Shown here: positions 1-11,091 of the stretch, in pieces | How the letters are laid out: each line of letters starts with the position of its first letter | How positions within the stretch are numbered: the first letter of the stretch is position 1 | Assembly (NCBI GenBank): GCA_963738405.1 | Contig: CAVTWJ010000022.1 | Span: forward strand, 32,001-96,000 | Direction: 5' to 3' | Length of the DNA stretch: 64,000 nucleotides | DNA from: a candidate division FCPU426 bacterium | GTDB lineage: Bacteria; Oederibacteriota; Muellerivitia; Muellerivitales; Muellerivitaceae | Translations under genes and position numbers: made by a program | Notes under the pieces: generated by a model | Database searches by the model: none | Told to the model about the DNA's origin: nothing | The model's input: only the letters and a program-made list of their open reading frames with translations

Positions 1-32
1 ATGATTTTTCCAAAAAGCGCGCGCATGAAATC

Positions 33-953
33 ATGGTCAGTATTATCTGTTTCGCTTATAACCACGAAAAATATATCGTCCAAACCATTGAGGGTTTTTT
101 ATCCCAAAAAACAGACTTTAAAATAGAAATCATCGTTCATGACGACGCGTCAGTCGATAGAACTGCCGAAATCATTCACGGTTATGAAAAAAGATATCCC
201 GATATTTTCAGATGTATTTTCCAAAAGGAGAACCAATTTTCGAAATGCCCAAATTCAATGGTAGGCATAACCTTCAATAAAGCCCGTGGAAAATATGTCG
301 CGTTATGCGAGGGGGATGATTTTTGGACGGATCCGCTTAAATTACATAAGCAAATCGCTTTTTTGGAAACAAATCCCGCTTATTCACTTTGTTTTCATCC
401 TGCAAGTATTTTTTTCGAAGGAACCCCCGCAGTTCCCGAGGCCGGGCCTAAATTTCTTGGCCCTAAAATCATTAAAACGGCTTATACACTGAATGACCTT
501 CTGCGTTACACAAATTTTATACCCACCAGCAGTGTTGTTTTTAGGACTTGGGAGGGTTTCAACAGTTTTCCAGAATGGTTTTATCAGGCTAAAATCGGTG
601 ATTTTATCCTATCCTTGAGAATCGCGCAAAAAGGGAAACTGAAATTTTTAAACGAACCGATGTCAACTTACCGGATTCATTCCAATGGACTATGGTCAAG
701 CACGAATACTTATGAACGATTAGTCATCTTTTCCGAATTATACCGATTATTCCGACCGCAAATCTCGTTGCAGCAATTCCCCTTTTATTCAATAGGCCTT
801 TCCAATATATATTTCAACTTATACAACCAAGGGTTGAAAAGGGGCTTCCTATTCAAATCCTATTTAAATTTGTTAAAAGCATTTTATTTTTCATTCCCTT
901 TTAATACCATTAACTTAATTTTTAGGTTAATCAGACAAATCTTCAAACATTAA
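33..953 (+). CDS. Glycosyltransferase family 2 (frame is open to the left edge, so the start may lie upstream)
   Basis: VSIICFAYNHEKYI, HDDASVD and ALCEGDDFW GT-A motifs. Confidence 0.9.
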   Translation: MVSIICFAYNHEKYIVQTIEGFLSQKTDFKIEIIVHDDASVDRTAEIIHGYEKRYPDIFRCIFQKENQFSKCPNSMVGITFNKARGKYVALCEGDDFWTDPLKLHKQIAFLETNPAYSLCFHPASIFFEGTPAVPEAGPKFLGPKIIKTAYTLNDLLRYTNFIPTSSVVFRTWEGFNSFPEWFYQAKIGDFILSLRIAQKGKLKFLNEPMSTYRIHSNGLWSSTNTYERLVIFSELYRLFRPQISLQQFPFYSIGLSNIYFNLYNQGLKRGFLFKSYLNLLKAFYFSFPFNTINLIFRLIRQIFKH

Positions 954-1080
954 GAGATTTATCTGCAAATTCATCACCCTTTTCAGAATATAATTTTAAT
1001 GAGTTTTTGTTTGTCTGACCGCTTTGTCGATCAATTAAAGATCCTCAAAATACCCATTTCATTCTATTTAGAATACTACT

Positions 1081-1360
1081 GTGAAAATAAAATCCACTTT
1101 CAAAGAAGAAGTTTCCATTGTCGTTCTAAATTGGAACAGCCGGGAGAAAACCATTGATTGTATTAAATCAATCGGAACGGAAACACTTTTTTACAGAGGG
1201 ATGATCCCCAAACCTATTGCCAAACCATTTTAGATCTGTTGTCAAACCCAACCTATTACGAAAGATTGTCTTTGTCTTCTTTCAACGAATACACCGAGCG
1301 ATTAAACTGATTCTCAGCAGGAAATGGGTTCGTGATTTAATCAAGGAATTCAACCGCTGA
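1081..1360 (+). pseudogene. Chimeric relic: GT2 N-terminus joined to GT4 C-terminus
   Basis: Frame 1 from GTG 1081 reads VSIVVLNWNSREKTIDCIKSI, like the GT2 at 5786. Frame 3 from ~1170 reads NRNGNTFLQRDDPQTYCQTILDLLSNPTYYERLSLSSFNEYTERLN*, like the end of the GT4 at 8038, with TGA at 1308 where that GT4 has Trp and a frameshift after it. Confidence 0.75.
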
Positions 1361-1459
1361 GAATTAAGCTATGTATCCTCACTGGTTGCTTCAATTGCTT
1401 CACCGACAATGTGTTTGATCGATCGGTTTAAAGGTTTCCCATTGAAGGAAAAGATCCGA

Positions 1460-2401
1460 ATGAGTTTTCAAGACAAAATAATCGCCTATACCTCGCGGAC
1501 AGCCAAAAAAATGTCCTTCCAGGACCGGGCACTCAACTACGCCTGGTGGAAATGGAAGCATTTCAGGGATGGTTTGGATGACCAACTAGCCCCGGCCAAG
1601 GCCGGGTTTTCCAAAAATGGGATAAGGGCCTATTGGTATCGGGACATCAAAAATTTCGGGGACCTGTTAACTCCGTTCCTATTGAAGCATTACGGCTACG
1701 AACCCGTCTTCTCCTCGCCCTCAAAAGCATCGTTCGTATCAACCGGAAGCAACCTGGATATTTTCCCGAATGACTTTCAGGGCCTGATTTTAGGCTCAGG
1801 ATTTATTGACGAAAATTCCGACCGCTTATTTCCCCAGGCTTCCATCTTGGCTGTCCGGGGCTTGCTGACCCGAAAAAAATTGAAGCGGGGGAAAGAAGTC
1901 AAGCTGGGTGATCCGGGCTTGCTCATTTCCACCCTATTGCCGAAAAAAGAGGGGAAGATCTTCAAGGTGGGCATCCTTCCCCATTACGCTGAAAAAAAAG
2001 ATCCGAAATACCTGCGACTTTCCCAATCCCTTGAGAAACAAATAAAAATCATCGATGTTCAACAAGAGCCCCAACGGGTCCTGACGCTGATCGCTCAATG
2101 CCAAACCATCCTGTCCTCCTCCCTTCACGGGTTGATCGCGGCCGATTCCCTGCACATACCTTCCCGGTGGGTAGGCTCTCAAAATCTTTTGGGGGGGCGT
2201 TTTAAATTTGATGATTACTATTCCTCCCTTTCCCTGCGAGAAAAACCTTTAGTTCTAACCGGAAACGAGACCCTCCCGGAACTGACGGCTTTTTGCAAAA
2301 AAAAACCCGAGGGCAAAATCGAGAAGATGAAGGAAGAACTCGACCGTTTGTGGCGTTCCCTTTCCAGGGAACGAAACCGCCGCCCCAACCGAGGTTCCTG
2401 A
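1460..2401 (+). CDS. Polysaccharide pyruvyl transferase family protein
   Basis: NFGDLL, AVRGLLT, LGDPGLL, SSSLHGLIAADS and FKFDDYY motifs; ATG 1460 preferred over 1409. Confidence 0.85.
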   Translation: MSFQDKIIAYTSRTAKKMSFQDRALNYAWWKWKHFRDGLDDQLAPAKAGFSKNGIRAYWYRDIKNFGDLLTPFLLKHYGYEPVFSSPSKASFVSTGSNLDIFPNDFQGLILGSGFIDENSDRLFPQASILAVRGLLTRKKLKRGKEVKLGDPGLLISTLLPKKEGKIFKVGILPHYAEKKDPKYLRLSQSLEKQIKIIDVQQEPQRVLTLIAQCQTILSSSLHGLIAADSLHIPSRWVGSQNLLGGRFKFDDYYSSLSLREKPLVLTGNETLPELTAFCKKKPEGKIEKMKEELDRLWRSLSRERNRRPNRGS

Positions 2402-2405
2402 ACCT

Positions 2406-3563
2406 ATGAAATTTCTATTCGTGGACAGGGTGGGAGCCAAATCCATTTGGTCGATCATCGGGCACATCGCCGTCCGACTGATTCAGGATGGCCATTCGGT
2501 CATTTACGTTAATTTCGACGATGGTAATCAGGCCTATACCCAAGAGGTCCCGGAAGGCGTTGATTTTTTTACGGTTAAAGTCCGGCCCAAAAAGTGGGTC
2601 GGCGACTTGATCCCCCAGCACTTGGCCTTTATTCGGGAGTTCCGCTCCCTGTTGCGAAGGTTAAAACCCGACTTTGTTCATACGAATTTCGCGGTACCGG
2701 CCATCGCGGCGCGGTGGGTTGCGGCAAAAGAAAAGGTGCCCTGGGTCGTCTCGACCCAGCACGAAACCTATGGTTCCATGAGTTTCCATTACCGTTGGGG
2801 TCTGCGGGCGACCGAACACCTCTGCTCCGCCATGGTCTACGTTTCCCACACGGTCGCGCGGAGTTTTGGGCGAAAAGCCGGGACAATGCAAAACACGGAT
2901 TTCAAAAGGCGCCCCATCCACGCGGTGATCCCCAACGGTATTGACGTAAAAGACCTTCGAAAAGCCGTCGCCGACGCCTCCCCCAGGATGAAGAGAAAGC
3001 TCGTTTGCGCGGGCCGGATGGTTCCCATCAAGGGGCAGGACGTGTTATTAAGGGCGATTCATCTGGTGGTGCCTGTTTTTCCCGACCTAAAGCTGTCGCT
3101 CATCGGCGGCGGGCCCGAGGAAAAACGCCTGCGGGAATTAGCCATGAAACTGGGTCTCGAAAGCCATGTTGAATTCACGGGCTGGCTCCCCCACTACGAC
3201 CAGGTGCTCCGTGAGATGGCATCGGCGGAATTGGTGGTCGTACCCAGCATGAACCTTCCCGGCATAACCCTTCACGAAGGCTTCGGTCTCGTGGTCGCCG
3301 AGGCGGTTCTTTGCGGAACCGCTTTTTTGGTGAGTGACATCCCCGTCTTCCACGAGGTTCTGGACCCATTTCAAGGGCGTGGACTTTTTTTCAAGGAAGG
3401 CGATCCGACGGCACTGGCCGGGGCCTTGAAAGAAATTTTTTCAGGAAAAAACCCGTTGGATTTCCCCCTAAAGCCCTTAACCGCGGAAGAGGAATCACGG
3501 CTTTCGTCCGAATCCATGGCGGAGGGTTATTTGCGCCTGTACCGTGAATTAGCCCCCAAGTGA
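2406..3563 (+). CDS. Glycosyltransferase family 4
   Basis: VIPNGID, GRMVPIKG and EGFGLVVAEA. Confidence 0.9.
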   Translation: MKFLFVDRVGAKSIWSIIGHIAVRLIQDGHSVIYVNFDDGNQAYTQEVPEGVDFFTVKVRPKKWVGDLIPQHLAFIREFRSLLRRLKPDFVHTNFAVPAIAARWVAAKEKVPWVVSTQHETYGSMSFHYRWGLRATEHLCSAMVYVSHTVARSFGRKAGTMQNTDFKRRPIHAVIPNGIDVKDLRKAVADASPRMKRKLVCAGRMVPIKGQDVLLRAIHLVVPVFPDLKLSLIGGGPEEKRLRELAMKLGLESHVEFTGWLPHYDQVLREMASAELVVVPSMNLPGITLHEGFGLVVAEAVLCGTAFLVSDIPVFHEVLDPFQGRGLFFKEGDPTALAGALKEIFSGKNPLDFPLKPLTAEEESRLSSESMAEGYLRLYRELAPK

Positions 3564-3605
3564 AGGTATGATCAACTCGAAAATGAATAGTCAAGGCCCC
3601 TCCCT

Positions 3606-4421
3606 ATGACGCATCCCAAAATCACCTCCATCATCACCGTTTACAACGGTGAAAAAACGATCAATAGGGCGGTCCAAAGCCTTTTAAGCCAGACCGAAAA
3701 GAACATTGAGGTTCTGGTGGTCAACGACGGCTCCACCGACGGAACCGGTAACATCCTTCAAGGTTTCACGGACCTCCGGCTGAGGGTCATGGGCCTTCCC
3801 CGAACCGGGCGGGCGGGCGCCCTGGCCCGCGCCTGCCGGGAAGCCAAGGGGCTTTATATCGCCAACCTCGACGCGGATGATTTCAGCCATCCCGAAAGGC
3901 TGGAAAAACAAACCGCCTTTCTCGACGCCCACCCGGATTATGCCTGGGTAGGAACCGGCGAAGAACAAGAGGATGACCGGCGGAATGAGCACCTTCGGCG
4001 CACTTACCCTTTGGAAAACGATGAAATCCGGCGTCAATCCGCCAAATGTATCCCCTATTGCCATAGTTCCATCATGTTTCGAAAGAGTCTCATAAGCGAA
4101 GGCATCAATTACGACCCTTCACAACCCTTCCTGATTGATTTTGAGTTTTTCCTGAGAGTCGCTTCACGGAATAAAGTGGCTAACCTTCCAGAAATACTGG
4201 TGAAACGCTACGTAAGCGGGGAAAGCTATTTCCAGCGCACCTTCAAGACCTCCCGCCAAAACAGAAGACTGGCATGGCTCTGCGCGACCTCCGTGGGCCG
4301 TTTACACCTGCCCATTCATTTCTATATCTACCCCCTGGCGCGTCTGTTATATCCCCTCATGTCAAACCGACTGAAGCGTTGGATCCGCAATCACCAAGGG
4401 TTAAGGGAATCCGGTGTTTAA
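3606..4421 (+). CDS. Glycosyltransferase family 2
   Basis: VYNGEKTI, VNDGSTD and NLDADD. Confidence 0.9.
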   Translation: MTHPKITSIITVYNGEKTINRAVQSLLSQTEKNIEVLVVNDGSTDGTGNILQGFTDLRLRVMGLPRTGRAGALARACREAKGLYIANLDADDFSHPERLEKQTAFLDAHPDYAWVGTGEEQEDDRRNEHLRRTYPLENDEIRRQSAKCIPYCHSSIMFRKSLISEGINYDPSQPFLIDFEFFLRVASRNKVANLPEILVKRYVSGESYFQRTFKTSRQNRRLAWLCATSVGRLHLPIHFYIYPLARLLYPLMSNRLKRWIRNHQGLRESGV

Positions 4422-5796
4422 TATATTCCATGACAATATCGCTTGGGTGTTTCTGGCTGCTGGCCCTGTTTTATTATTATTGATCATTCAAATATTTAGC
4501 ATCCCCGAAAGGGGGCTCTACCTAACTTTTTTCGCCACGGGCATCCTGATTACACCCCACCTTCCCATCCTGCGGAATAAATTCACAGCAGTTGAAATCA
4601 TCATGGGCTTGACCTGGCTCGCATTATTGTCCCGTCCCCATGAAGCCCGCAAATCCCCGCCCCTCACAAAAGTCCAAACCAACGCTTTATTTTGGGGCGG
4701 CCTTTTCATTACTTGGACCATCCTTTCTTTTTCGATCAATGGCATTTACCATCCGGAAACATTTATCGGCAGTATTGTTGAAACCATCAATTTTGTTTAT
4801 GGATATTTGATGTTCGTAACCGTCATTTTGATGGCACGGGATTGGGGGCGTTGGGAAAACTGCCTGAAGGGTTGGCTTTGGGGAGCCGTGGTGGTTAGCT
4901 TTTTCGGCGTATTGGCCTTATCCGGCCACGGTCCGAAATGGTCCTATGATGAATTTTCACACAGAATTTGCTCAACCTTACGCACGGATAATCAAGTTCC
5001 TTCATTTCTTTTACCAACTTTTACAGTTCTGGTTTTCATGATTGTTGAAAGGGAAAGAAAACCTTTTGAAAAATGGTTCTTAACAGCACTTTTAATTTGT
5101 GTCTTTTTAACATCCATTGGTTCCGGAAGTCGAACCGCGTTCCTGATGCTTATCGTCACTATCATCGGGATTTTGTATGTCGCATTTCGCGATTCACAAT
5201 ACAAGGCTTTCTCCACAAAACGTTTTGTCAAAATCTCGTTTTTCCTTTTTATCGGATTCCTTTTTTACATCTTCCTCGCTTTGGTGAATTATCAGGACGA
5301 CTATGCCTTGGGGCGTACCCCGTCTTGGCAGAGGCCCGTCGTGACGCTATATGATTGGGTTCGCGGTAAAGCTGATTTGGACGATAACCGAACAGAACAA
5401 CTTAAGTTTGTTTCTGAAAACATCAATGACAACCTGGTATTAGGGTCAGGCCCTAAAAATTATGGTGAAGAATACGATGTCCAGGAAATCCATAACACCT
5501 ACGCGGGCGTTCTTTTTCAAATGGGCGTACCAGGCCTGTTTCTTTTTTTAACTTGGCTGTTCATCGTTGTCCATACCGGCTGGTTGGCCAGCAAAAGAAT
5601 CCAAATACCTCATCAACGCTTGATGGTTATATCCATGGTGGTGGGAATGATTCTTTTGTTGTTATACAGCATGACCATGTTTGGTTTGAGGCAAAGAAAT
5701 ATCTGGTTATTAGCAGGACTGTTGGTGGCAAGCGATAGTTTCATTCCAAGGCGAACGGGGCAAATGAACCAAAGGATAGGGTCCCGTGAATTATGA
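4414..5796 (+). CDS. O-antigen ligase/polymerase (WaaL/Wzy-like) membrane protein
   Basis: About 12 hydrophobic segments; SGSRTA, LGSGP and HNTY...QMGVPGL motifs. Confidence 0.8.
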   Translation: MFNIFHDNIAWVFLAAGPVLLLLIIQIFSIPERGLYLTFFATGILITPHLPILRNKFTAVEIIMGLTWLALLSRPHEARKSPPLTKVQTNALFWGGLFITWTILSFSINGIYHPETFIGSIVETINFVYGYLMFVTVILMARDWGRWENCLKGWLWGAVVVSFFGVLALSGHGPKWSYDEFSHRICSTLRTDNQVPSFLLPTFTVLVFMIVERERKPFEKWFLTALLICVFLTSIGSGSRTAFLMLIVTIIGILYVAFRDSQYKAFSTKRFVKISFFLFIGFLFYIFLALVNYQDDYALGRTPSWQRPVVTLYDWVRGKADLDDNRTEQLKFVSENINDNLVLGSGPKNYGEEYDVQEIHNTYAGVLFQMGVPGLFLFLTWLFIVVHTGWLASKRIQIPHQRLMVISMVVGMILLLLYSMTMFGLRQRNIWLLAGLLVASDSFIPRRTGQMNQRIGSREL

Positions 5797-6859
5797 AAGT
5801 CTATTTCCTAATCCCTATAGAAGCGGCATGAAAACCAAACCTTCCCACAAAAGCAACTTTACCGTCGTGGTATTAAATTGGAACGCTTGGAAAACCACGA
5901 TCCGTTGCTTGGACTCTTTGACCCATTCCAGACAAACCCACTTCGATATCCTTGTGATCGATAACGGATCAACGGATCAGTCGGCGCCTCGGCTGAGAAG
6001 ATACCTCGCCCGTTTAAAATCGGCCCCTTCCGCTAAACCCGGCCCCATCCCATTTCAGTACCAATTCAAGGATGTCATCACCAAGGGGACCTTTGAAACC
6101 ATAGGCCGCAACACATTGATGTGTTGCGATTCCAATTATGGTTTCACGGGGGGGTGTAACGCCGGAATTCATTTCGCCCTCGAACAAAAAACCAAAACCT
6201 TGTTACTTTTAAACAACGACGCCACGATGGAGACCCCATCCGTCCTCTTGCTGAAGGACGTGATGAAAAATTCAGACTCTTCGATCGTGGGGGCCCAAAT
6301 CGCGGATTTAAAAACCAAAGCCATCACTTTTTCAAAGCGCCTCTGGCCGCAATTGTTATTTAAAAACATTCTTCATCAAGACCGGCCATCCCGCGCCGAT
6401 ACCGAGAACGAGTACTGGCGATCGGATTCTATCACGGGTTGCGCGATGCTCATCGATAGCGGACTTTTAAAACAACGCTTTATAGACGAGGGCTATTATC
6501 TGGACCCCTCTTTCTTTATGTATTGCGAGGATATTGATCTATGCCTATACGCCAAATCGGTGGATAAAACCTGCGTGGTCGCCCGGGATGTCGTGGTTCT
6601 TCACGAAACGCAAAAAAGCCCCCATGGCCAGCTGAGGGCCTTGTATTACTCCTATCGAAACGCCATACGGCTTTTTCGAAAATGGATGCCGGCGCCCCTA
6701 TACGCCCTTTATGTCATCTACCGTGTTCTGCTTCTCTCCCTCGTTTACACTCGCCGTTTTTTTCGAGAAGGGTTTAAAATGGCCCCGTTTCTCAAAATCG
6801 CCCTCACCGCCCACTTGGACGCCTTGAGAGGCAAGTTTGGAAAATGGAAGAATCACTAA
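5786..6859 (+). CDS. Glycosyltransferase family 2 (rhamnosyltransferase-like)
   Basis: VVLNWN, IDNGSTD, NYGFTGGCN, LLNND and FFMYCEDIDLC. Confidence 0.9.
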   Translation: MNYESLFPNPYRSGMKTKPSHKSNFTVVVLNWNAWKTTIRCLDSLTHSRQTHFDILVIDNGSTDQSAPRLRRYLARLKSAPSAKPGPIPFQYQFKDVITKGTFETIGRNTLMCCDSNYGFTGGCNAGIHFALEQKTKTLLLLNNDATMETPSVLLLKDVMKNSDSSIVGAQIADLKTKAITFSKRLWPQLLFKNILHQDRPSRADTENEYWRSDSITGCAMLIDSGLLKQRFIDEGYYLDPSFFMYCEDIDLCLYAKSVDKTCVVARDVVVLHETQKSPHGQLRALYYSYRNAIRLFRKWMPAPLYALYVIYRVLLLSLVYTRRFFREGFKMAPFLKIALTAHLDALRGKFGKWKNH

Positions 6860-6870
6860 TCAGGGGTTTT

Positions 6871-7953
6871 ATGAAATACACCGTCATCTTATTGACCGCG
6901 ATCGTGACATTAAGCGTCGGATTGTTCCGCCCTTTTTATAATCCCGATCTGATCCAATATGTCGCCGCCGCTTACCAGCGGTCCGGCGTCACCGATCCGC
7001 AAGAATTGAGCGAAAAGACTTTCGAAACCCTGAAAATCAACGTCCGTCCTAAACAATTCGACGAATTGACCGAATCAAGCGACATCCGAAAGAACGCGTT
7101 TCATGATCCTTCCTACCTAATAAAACTTATCCCCTTTTTCTCGGTGAAAATCGGCTATGTTTATTTAATCTATTGGTCCGGCCTCTTATTCAACTGCGAT
7201 TACATTCGAGCGGCCATTTTCATCAGCGCGATATTCGCGGGTCTCTCCGCCTACATTTTCGGCCTTTTGCTTATAAAAAACGGTATCAGCGCCTACCTCT
7301 TACCCCTCGGGGTTTTATTGATCGGTTACCTGGACTTGGCTTCCCTCGCCACGCCCGATTCCGCCGCATGCTTTTTTGCCCTCACAGGCACCTATTTCAT
7401 TGATAAAAACAAAAACATAGCCACCCTCTGTTCCATCGCGCAACCTTTATTCAGGCCGGATTTAATCGTCATCTCACTTATGCTGATGGCCTACCAATAC
7501 TCCAAGGGCAACAAATTTTCTTCGATTCTTGGCGCCGTTCTTTCCATGGGCGTTTATATGTGTGTCATAAAATTTTCCGGGAATTACGGTTGGGCCACAC
7601 TGATCGACTTCGCCTTCGTTTCGCACAACATTAACCCGGCGGAGAGCTTGTTGGACCCGGGTCATTTTCTCTCGTTTTTGAGGGCCTACGCGATCCAGTA
7701 CTACAACATCGCCAGCCAGGGAAGCCTTCTTATCTATATCCTTGTTTTCTATCTCCACCTTAAACACAAGGCTCACAAAATAATCACGGGTGATGATTAT
7801 GTTTACCTATGGATTCCCCTTTGCTACATCGCGGTTCACCTGCTTTATTTCCCAAAATTTGAATTCCGTTATTTCACTTTTTCAACGACTCTTTTATTCA
7901 TCTGGTTTTTCACTACCATCCGCTCTTTAACGGCAGTTCGGCGCAAACCATGA
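6871..7953 (+). CDS. Polytopic membrane protein, possible GT-C/glycan-modifying transferase
   Basis: Many transmembrane segments, N-terminal loop Asp (YNPD), TPD and RPD motifs; glycan cluster context; SD-like AGGGG before ATG 6871. Confidence 0.6.
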   Translation: MKYTVILLTAIVTLSVGLFRPFYNPDLIQYVAAAYQRSGVTDPQELSEKTFETLKINVRPKQFDELTESSDIRKNAFHDPSYLIKLIPFFSVKIGYVYLIYWSGLLFNCDYIRAAIFISAIFAGLSAYIFGLLLIKNGISAYLLPLGVLLIGYLDLASLATPDSAACFFALTGTYFIDKNKNIATLCSIAQPLFRPDLIVISLMLMAYQYSKGNKFSSILGAVLSMGVYMCVIKFSGNYGWATLIDFAFVSHNINPAESLLDPGHFLSFLRAYAIQYYNIASQGSLLIYILVFYLHLKHKAHKIITGDDYVYLWIPLCYIAVHLLYFPKFEFRYFTFSTTLLFIWFFTTIRSLTAVRRKP

Positions 7954-8037
7954 AAATTCACGAGCCGTCATTCCCATCCCGACCCGTGAAACAGGCCCTT
8001 CGACCGTTCACACCAGTTCTTTCATCGAGATAACCCC

Positions 8038-9180
8038 GTGAAAATCGCCTATGTGACAGATTCCGACGTCTCCGACATTCACTCCTGGTCCGGTTCAATC
8101 CATCACATCTATAAATCCCTCAAAGAATCCGGCTTTCATGTGACCCCCGTTGATAAGCTCAAAACCCTCAGTAAAAAAAATCCCTATTTTTATGGTAAAA
8201 GGATCGCCTACAAATATCTTTTGGGTAAAACCTATTCATCCAGCCGTGATCCCAGGGTATTGAAATCATACGCTCGACAAATCGAATCCCGGATCAGCCA
8301 TTCTAACTTTGACGTGATTTTCAGTCCCAACACGGGACTCGTCGCGTACTTAAATACGAAAATTCCCATTGTGATCTGGAACGACGCGACTTTTGCCGGT
8401 TTGGCCGAATATCATCCTTTCTTGCGAAATTTATGCCGGGAAACCTGCCAGGACAATCACATAACCGAACAAATGGCTTTTGATAAAGCCCGGCTGATCT
8501 TTTTAACTTCCGAGTGGGCCGTCAATTCGGCGTTGGATAACTATCATGTGGACAAAAACAAACTGGTTAAGGTTCCTTTCGGGGCGAACATGGACAGCAG
8601 GCTTGATTTGCGAAAGATAACCGCCAACCAGGGACGCAAAAACAAAAAATTGATGAGGCTCCTGTTTATCGGCACCTATTGGACCGAAAAGGGCGGGAAT
8701 ATCGCTTATGAGGCCTCAAGACTCATTCAAAAAAGAAATATCCAGGTGGAATTGCACGTGGTGGGGTGCCGCCCCCCGGTTCCTTTGCCGGACTGGGTCA
8801 AGGTTCATGGTTTCATCTCCAAAAGAACACCGGATGGCCGAAAAACATTGGATAATCTTTATCTCGCTTCCCATTTTTTAATCGTTCCTACCCGCGCGGA
8901 CGCCTTCGGGCTCGTTTTCGCCGAAGCTTGCGCCTATGGCCTGCCGTCTATCGGCACAAATACAGGCGGTGTATCCGAAATCATTAAAAACAATAGGAAT
9001 GGTTTCTTATTTGGGATGCAGGATCCCCCTGAAAGATACGCGGAATACATGCTGAAAATTTGGTCTTCTGAAAAAAAGCTTCTTTCTATGTCTCTACATG
9101 CCTTCGAAGAATATAAACGGCGGTTGAATTGGGCCGTCGCCAGCAGAACGGTAAAACGTCATCTGATGAGAAAACTTTAA
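8038..9180 (+). CDS. Glycosyltransferase family 4
   Basis: PFGAN, EKGG and DAFGLVFAEACAYGLPSIGTNTGG. Confidence 0.9.
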   Translation: MKIAYVTDSDVSDIHSWSGSIHHIYKSLKESGFHVTPVDKLKTLSKKNPYFYGKRIAYKYLLGKTYSSSRDPRVLKSYARQIESRISHSNFDVIFSPNTGLVAYLNTKIPIVIWNDATFAGLAEYHPFLRNLCRETCQDNHITEQMAFDKARLIFLTSEWAVNSALDNYHVDKNKLVKVPFGANMDSRLDLRKITANQGRKNKKLMRLLFIGTYWTEKGGNIAYEASRLIQKRNIQVELHVVGCRPPVPLPDWVKVHGFISKRTPDGRKTLDNLYLASHFLIVPTRADAFGLVFAEACAYGLPSIGTNTGGVSEIIKNNRNGFLFGMQDPPERYAEYMLKIWSSEKKLLSMSLHAFEEYKRRLNWAVASRTVKRHLMRKL

Positions 9181-9516
9181 CATCATCCCGGGCTGAAACT
9201 AACACGGTTGGGCTTGATCTAAAAAATCCTTGGGCCATGGCCTTCAAATCCAAGGTGATCCCCGTGAATGATGGTTCATCATATAATTTAATGAACAAAT
9301 GCGTCGCTTTCTGTTGCAGGGTGCTAGCGTAGCCGTGCTGATTTTGCACCAAAATTGCTTTATACCCTGTCTAACAGCCACGGGTTTGGAGCGAATCGAA
9401 CTGAACCCCCTTGTTTTCCAAGGGGTGATTCGCGGCCTAGATACAAAAAATTCGTTCTTCGGAATTTTTTTCACATTCTGTTAAAAAGGGGTATCTCAAG
9501 GGGATATACTTCTTCA

Positions 9517-11091
9517 ATGCCTAGAACTGCCATCATCATCGGCGCCGGTCCCGCGGGACTCACGGCCGCCTATGAACTCCTCACACGTACCGACATCAAG
9601 CCCATTATTCTTGAAAAAAGCCCCTATATTGGCGGTTTAGCCCGCACCATGAACCACAAGGGCAACCGCATGGATATCGGGCCCCATCGTTTCTTTTCCA
9701 AATCCGACCGGGTGATGGACCGCTGGGCTGAGATGCTTCCCCTGCAATCGAGCGGTGATGGCGGAACCGCCACGGTGGCTTATCACCAACAGACACGGGA
9801 AGTAAAAGCCGGGGCCCAGGCCGCCGACCCCGAAAAGACCGACAAGGTGCTTTTAATCCGCCCCCGCAAGACCCGTATTTATTTTTTGAGAAAACTTTTC
9901 GATTACCCCATTCAAATGACCAAGAATACCCTTTTGAAACTGGGCCTCATGCGGGTGTTTCGAATCGGCGTGAGTTACCTTCGAAGCCTCATCTTTCCCA
10001 TACGAAACGAAAAGAATCTGGAACAGTTTTTCATCAACCGTTTCGGGCGGGAGCTTTATTTGACTTTCTTCAAGTCCTACACCGAAAAGGTCTGGGGGGT
10101 TCCCTGCCATGACATCGACGCCTCCTGGGGCGCCCAGCGCATCAAGGGCCTTTCGATCATCAAGACACTCCAGCATTTCTTCTCCAAGTTCAAACAGACC
10201 CCTGGGGATCTGAGCCAGAAGGGGACGGAAACCTCGCTGGTGGAACAGTTTCTCTACCCCAAGCTGGGGGCAGGCCAAATGTGGGACGAGGTAGCCTCCA
10301 AGGTCACCGCCTTGGGGGGTGAAATCCGAACCCAATGGGAAGTGGCGGGTCTTATACCCGAGGAAGCAGGCATCAAGAGCCTAACTGCCCGAGATGGCCA
10401 AACCGGTAAAGTTCAAACCTTCGAAGGTGACTATTTCTTTTCCACCATGCCTATCCAAGAACTGATCGCCAAACTGGACGGCCCCGTCCCCGATAACGTC
10501 AAAGAAGTAAGCCAGGGCCTCCAATACCGGGACATGATCATGGTTTCCCTACTCTTGAAACATTTCCGCCTGCATGACGACCAAGGCATCAAGGGCCTGG
10601 TGGAAGACAATTGGATCTATATCCAGGAACACGACGTGATGATGGGCCGTCTTCAGATCGCCAACAATATGAGCCCCTATATGGTGAAGGACAAGGAAAC
10701 GGTGTGGGTAGGCCTGGAATATTACTGTTACAAAACCGATCCCCTCTGGCAAAAGACAGATGAGGAAACCGCCAAGCTGGGAATCCGGGAGATGGTGAAG
10801 CTGGGATTAATCGAGGAAGGCGACGTTTTGGAACACATGGTGGTTCGGGTGGAAAAAACCTACCCCGCCTATTTCGGATCCTACCACCGTTTCCAGGAAA
10901 TCATCGACTATCTGGAAACCTTCCCGAACCTCTTCCCTATCGGCCGCAACGGCATGCATAAGTACAACAACCAGGACCATTCCATGCTTACTGCCATGGT
11001 GGCGGTGGATAATATCGTTGCGGGTTTGAAGGAAAAAACTAATTTATGGGCGGTCAACACCGAAGAGACCTACCACGAGTCGAAGGAATAA
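9517..11091 (+). CDS. NAD(P)/FAD-dependent oxidoreductase (UDP-galactopyranose mutase/HemY-like superfamily)
   Basis: [15 protein letters not shown]ossmann motif right after ATG 9517; [26 protein letters not shown]. Confidence 0.85.
   Translation: MPRTAIIIGAGPAGLTAAYELLTRTDIKPIILEKSPYIGGLARTMNHKGNRMDIGPHRFFSKSDRVMDRWAEMLPLQSSGDGGTATVAYHQQTREVKAGAQAADPEKTDKVLLIRPRKTRIYFLRKLFDYPIQMTKNTLLKLGLMRVFRIGVSYLRSLIFPIRNEKNLEQFFINRFGRELYLTFFKSYTEKVWGVPCHDIDASWGAQRIKGLSIIKTLQHFFSKFKQTPGDLSQKGTETSLVEQFLYPKLGAGQMWDEVASKVTALGGEIRTQWEVAGLIPEEAGIKSLTARDGQTGKVQTFEGDYFFSTMPIQELIAKLDGPVPDNVKEVSQGLQYRDMIMVSLLLKHFRLHDDQGIKGLVEDNWIYIQEHDVMMGRLQIANNMSPYMVKDKETVWVGLEYYCYKTDPLWQKTDEETAKLGIREMVKLGLIEEGDVLEHMVVRVEKTYPAYFGSYHRFQEIIDYLETFPNLFPIGRNGMHKYNNQDHSMLTAMVAVDNIVAGLKEKTNLWAVNTEETYHESKE

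Noticed and set aside
1308..1310. TGA read as Trp (alternative genetic code)
   Set aside because: Many intact genes here end in TGA and use TGG; the segment is a decayed pseudogene.
9181..9516. Short ORFs and a long N-terminal extension of the oxidoreductase
   Set aside because: No recognisable homology; the Rossmann motif and -10 box support ATG 9517.
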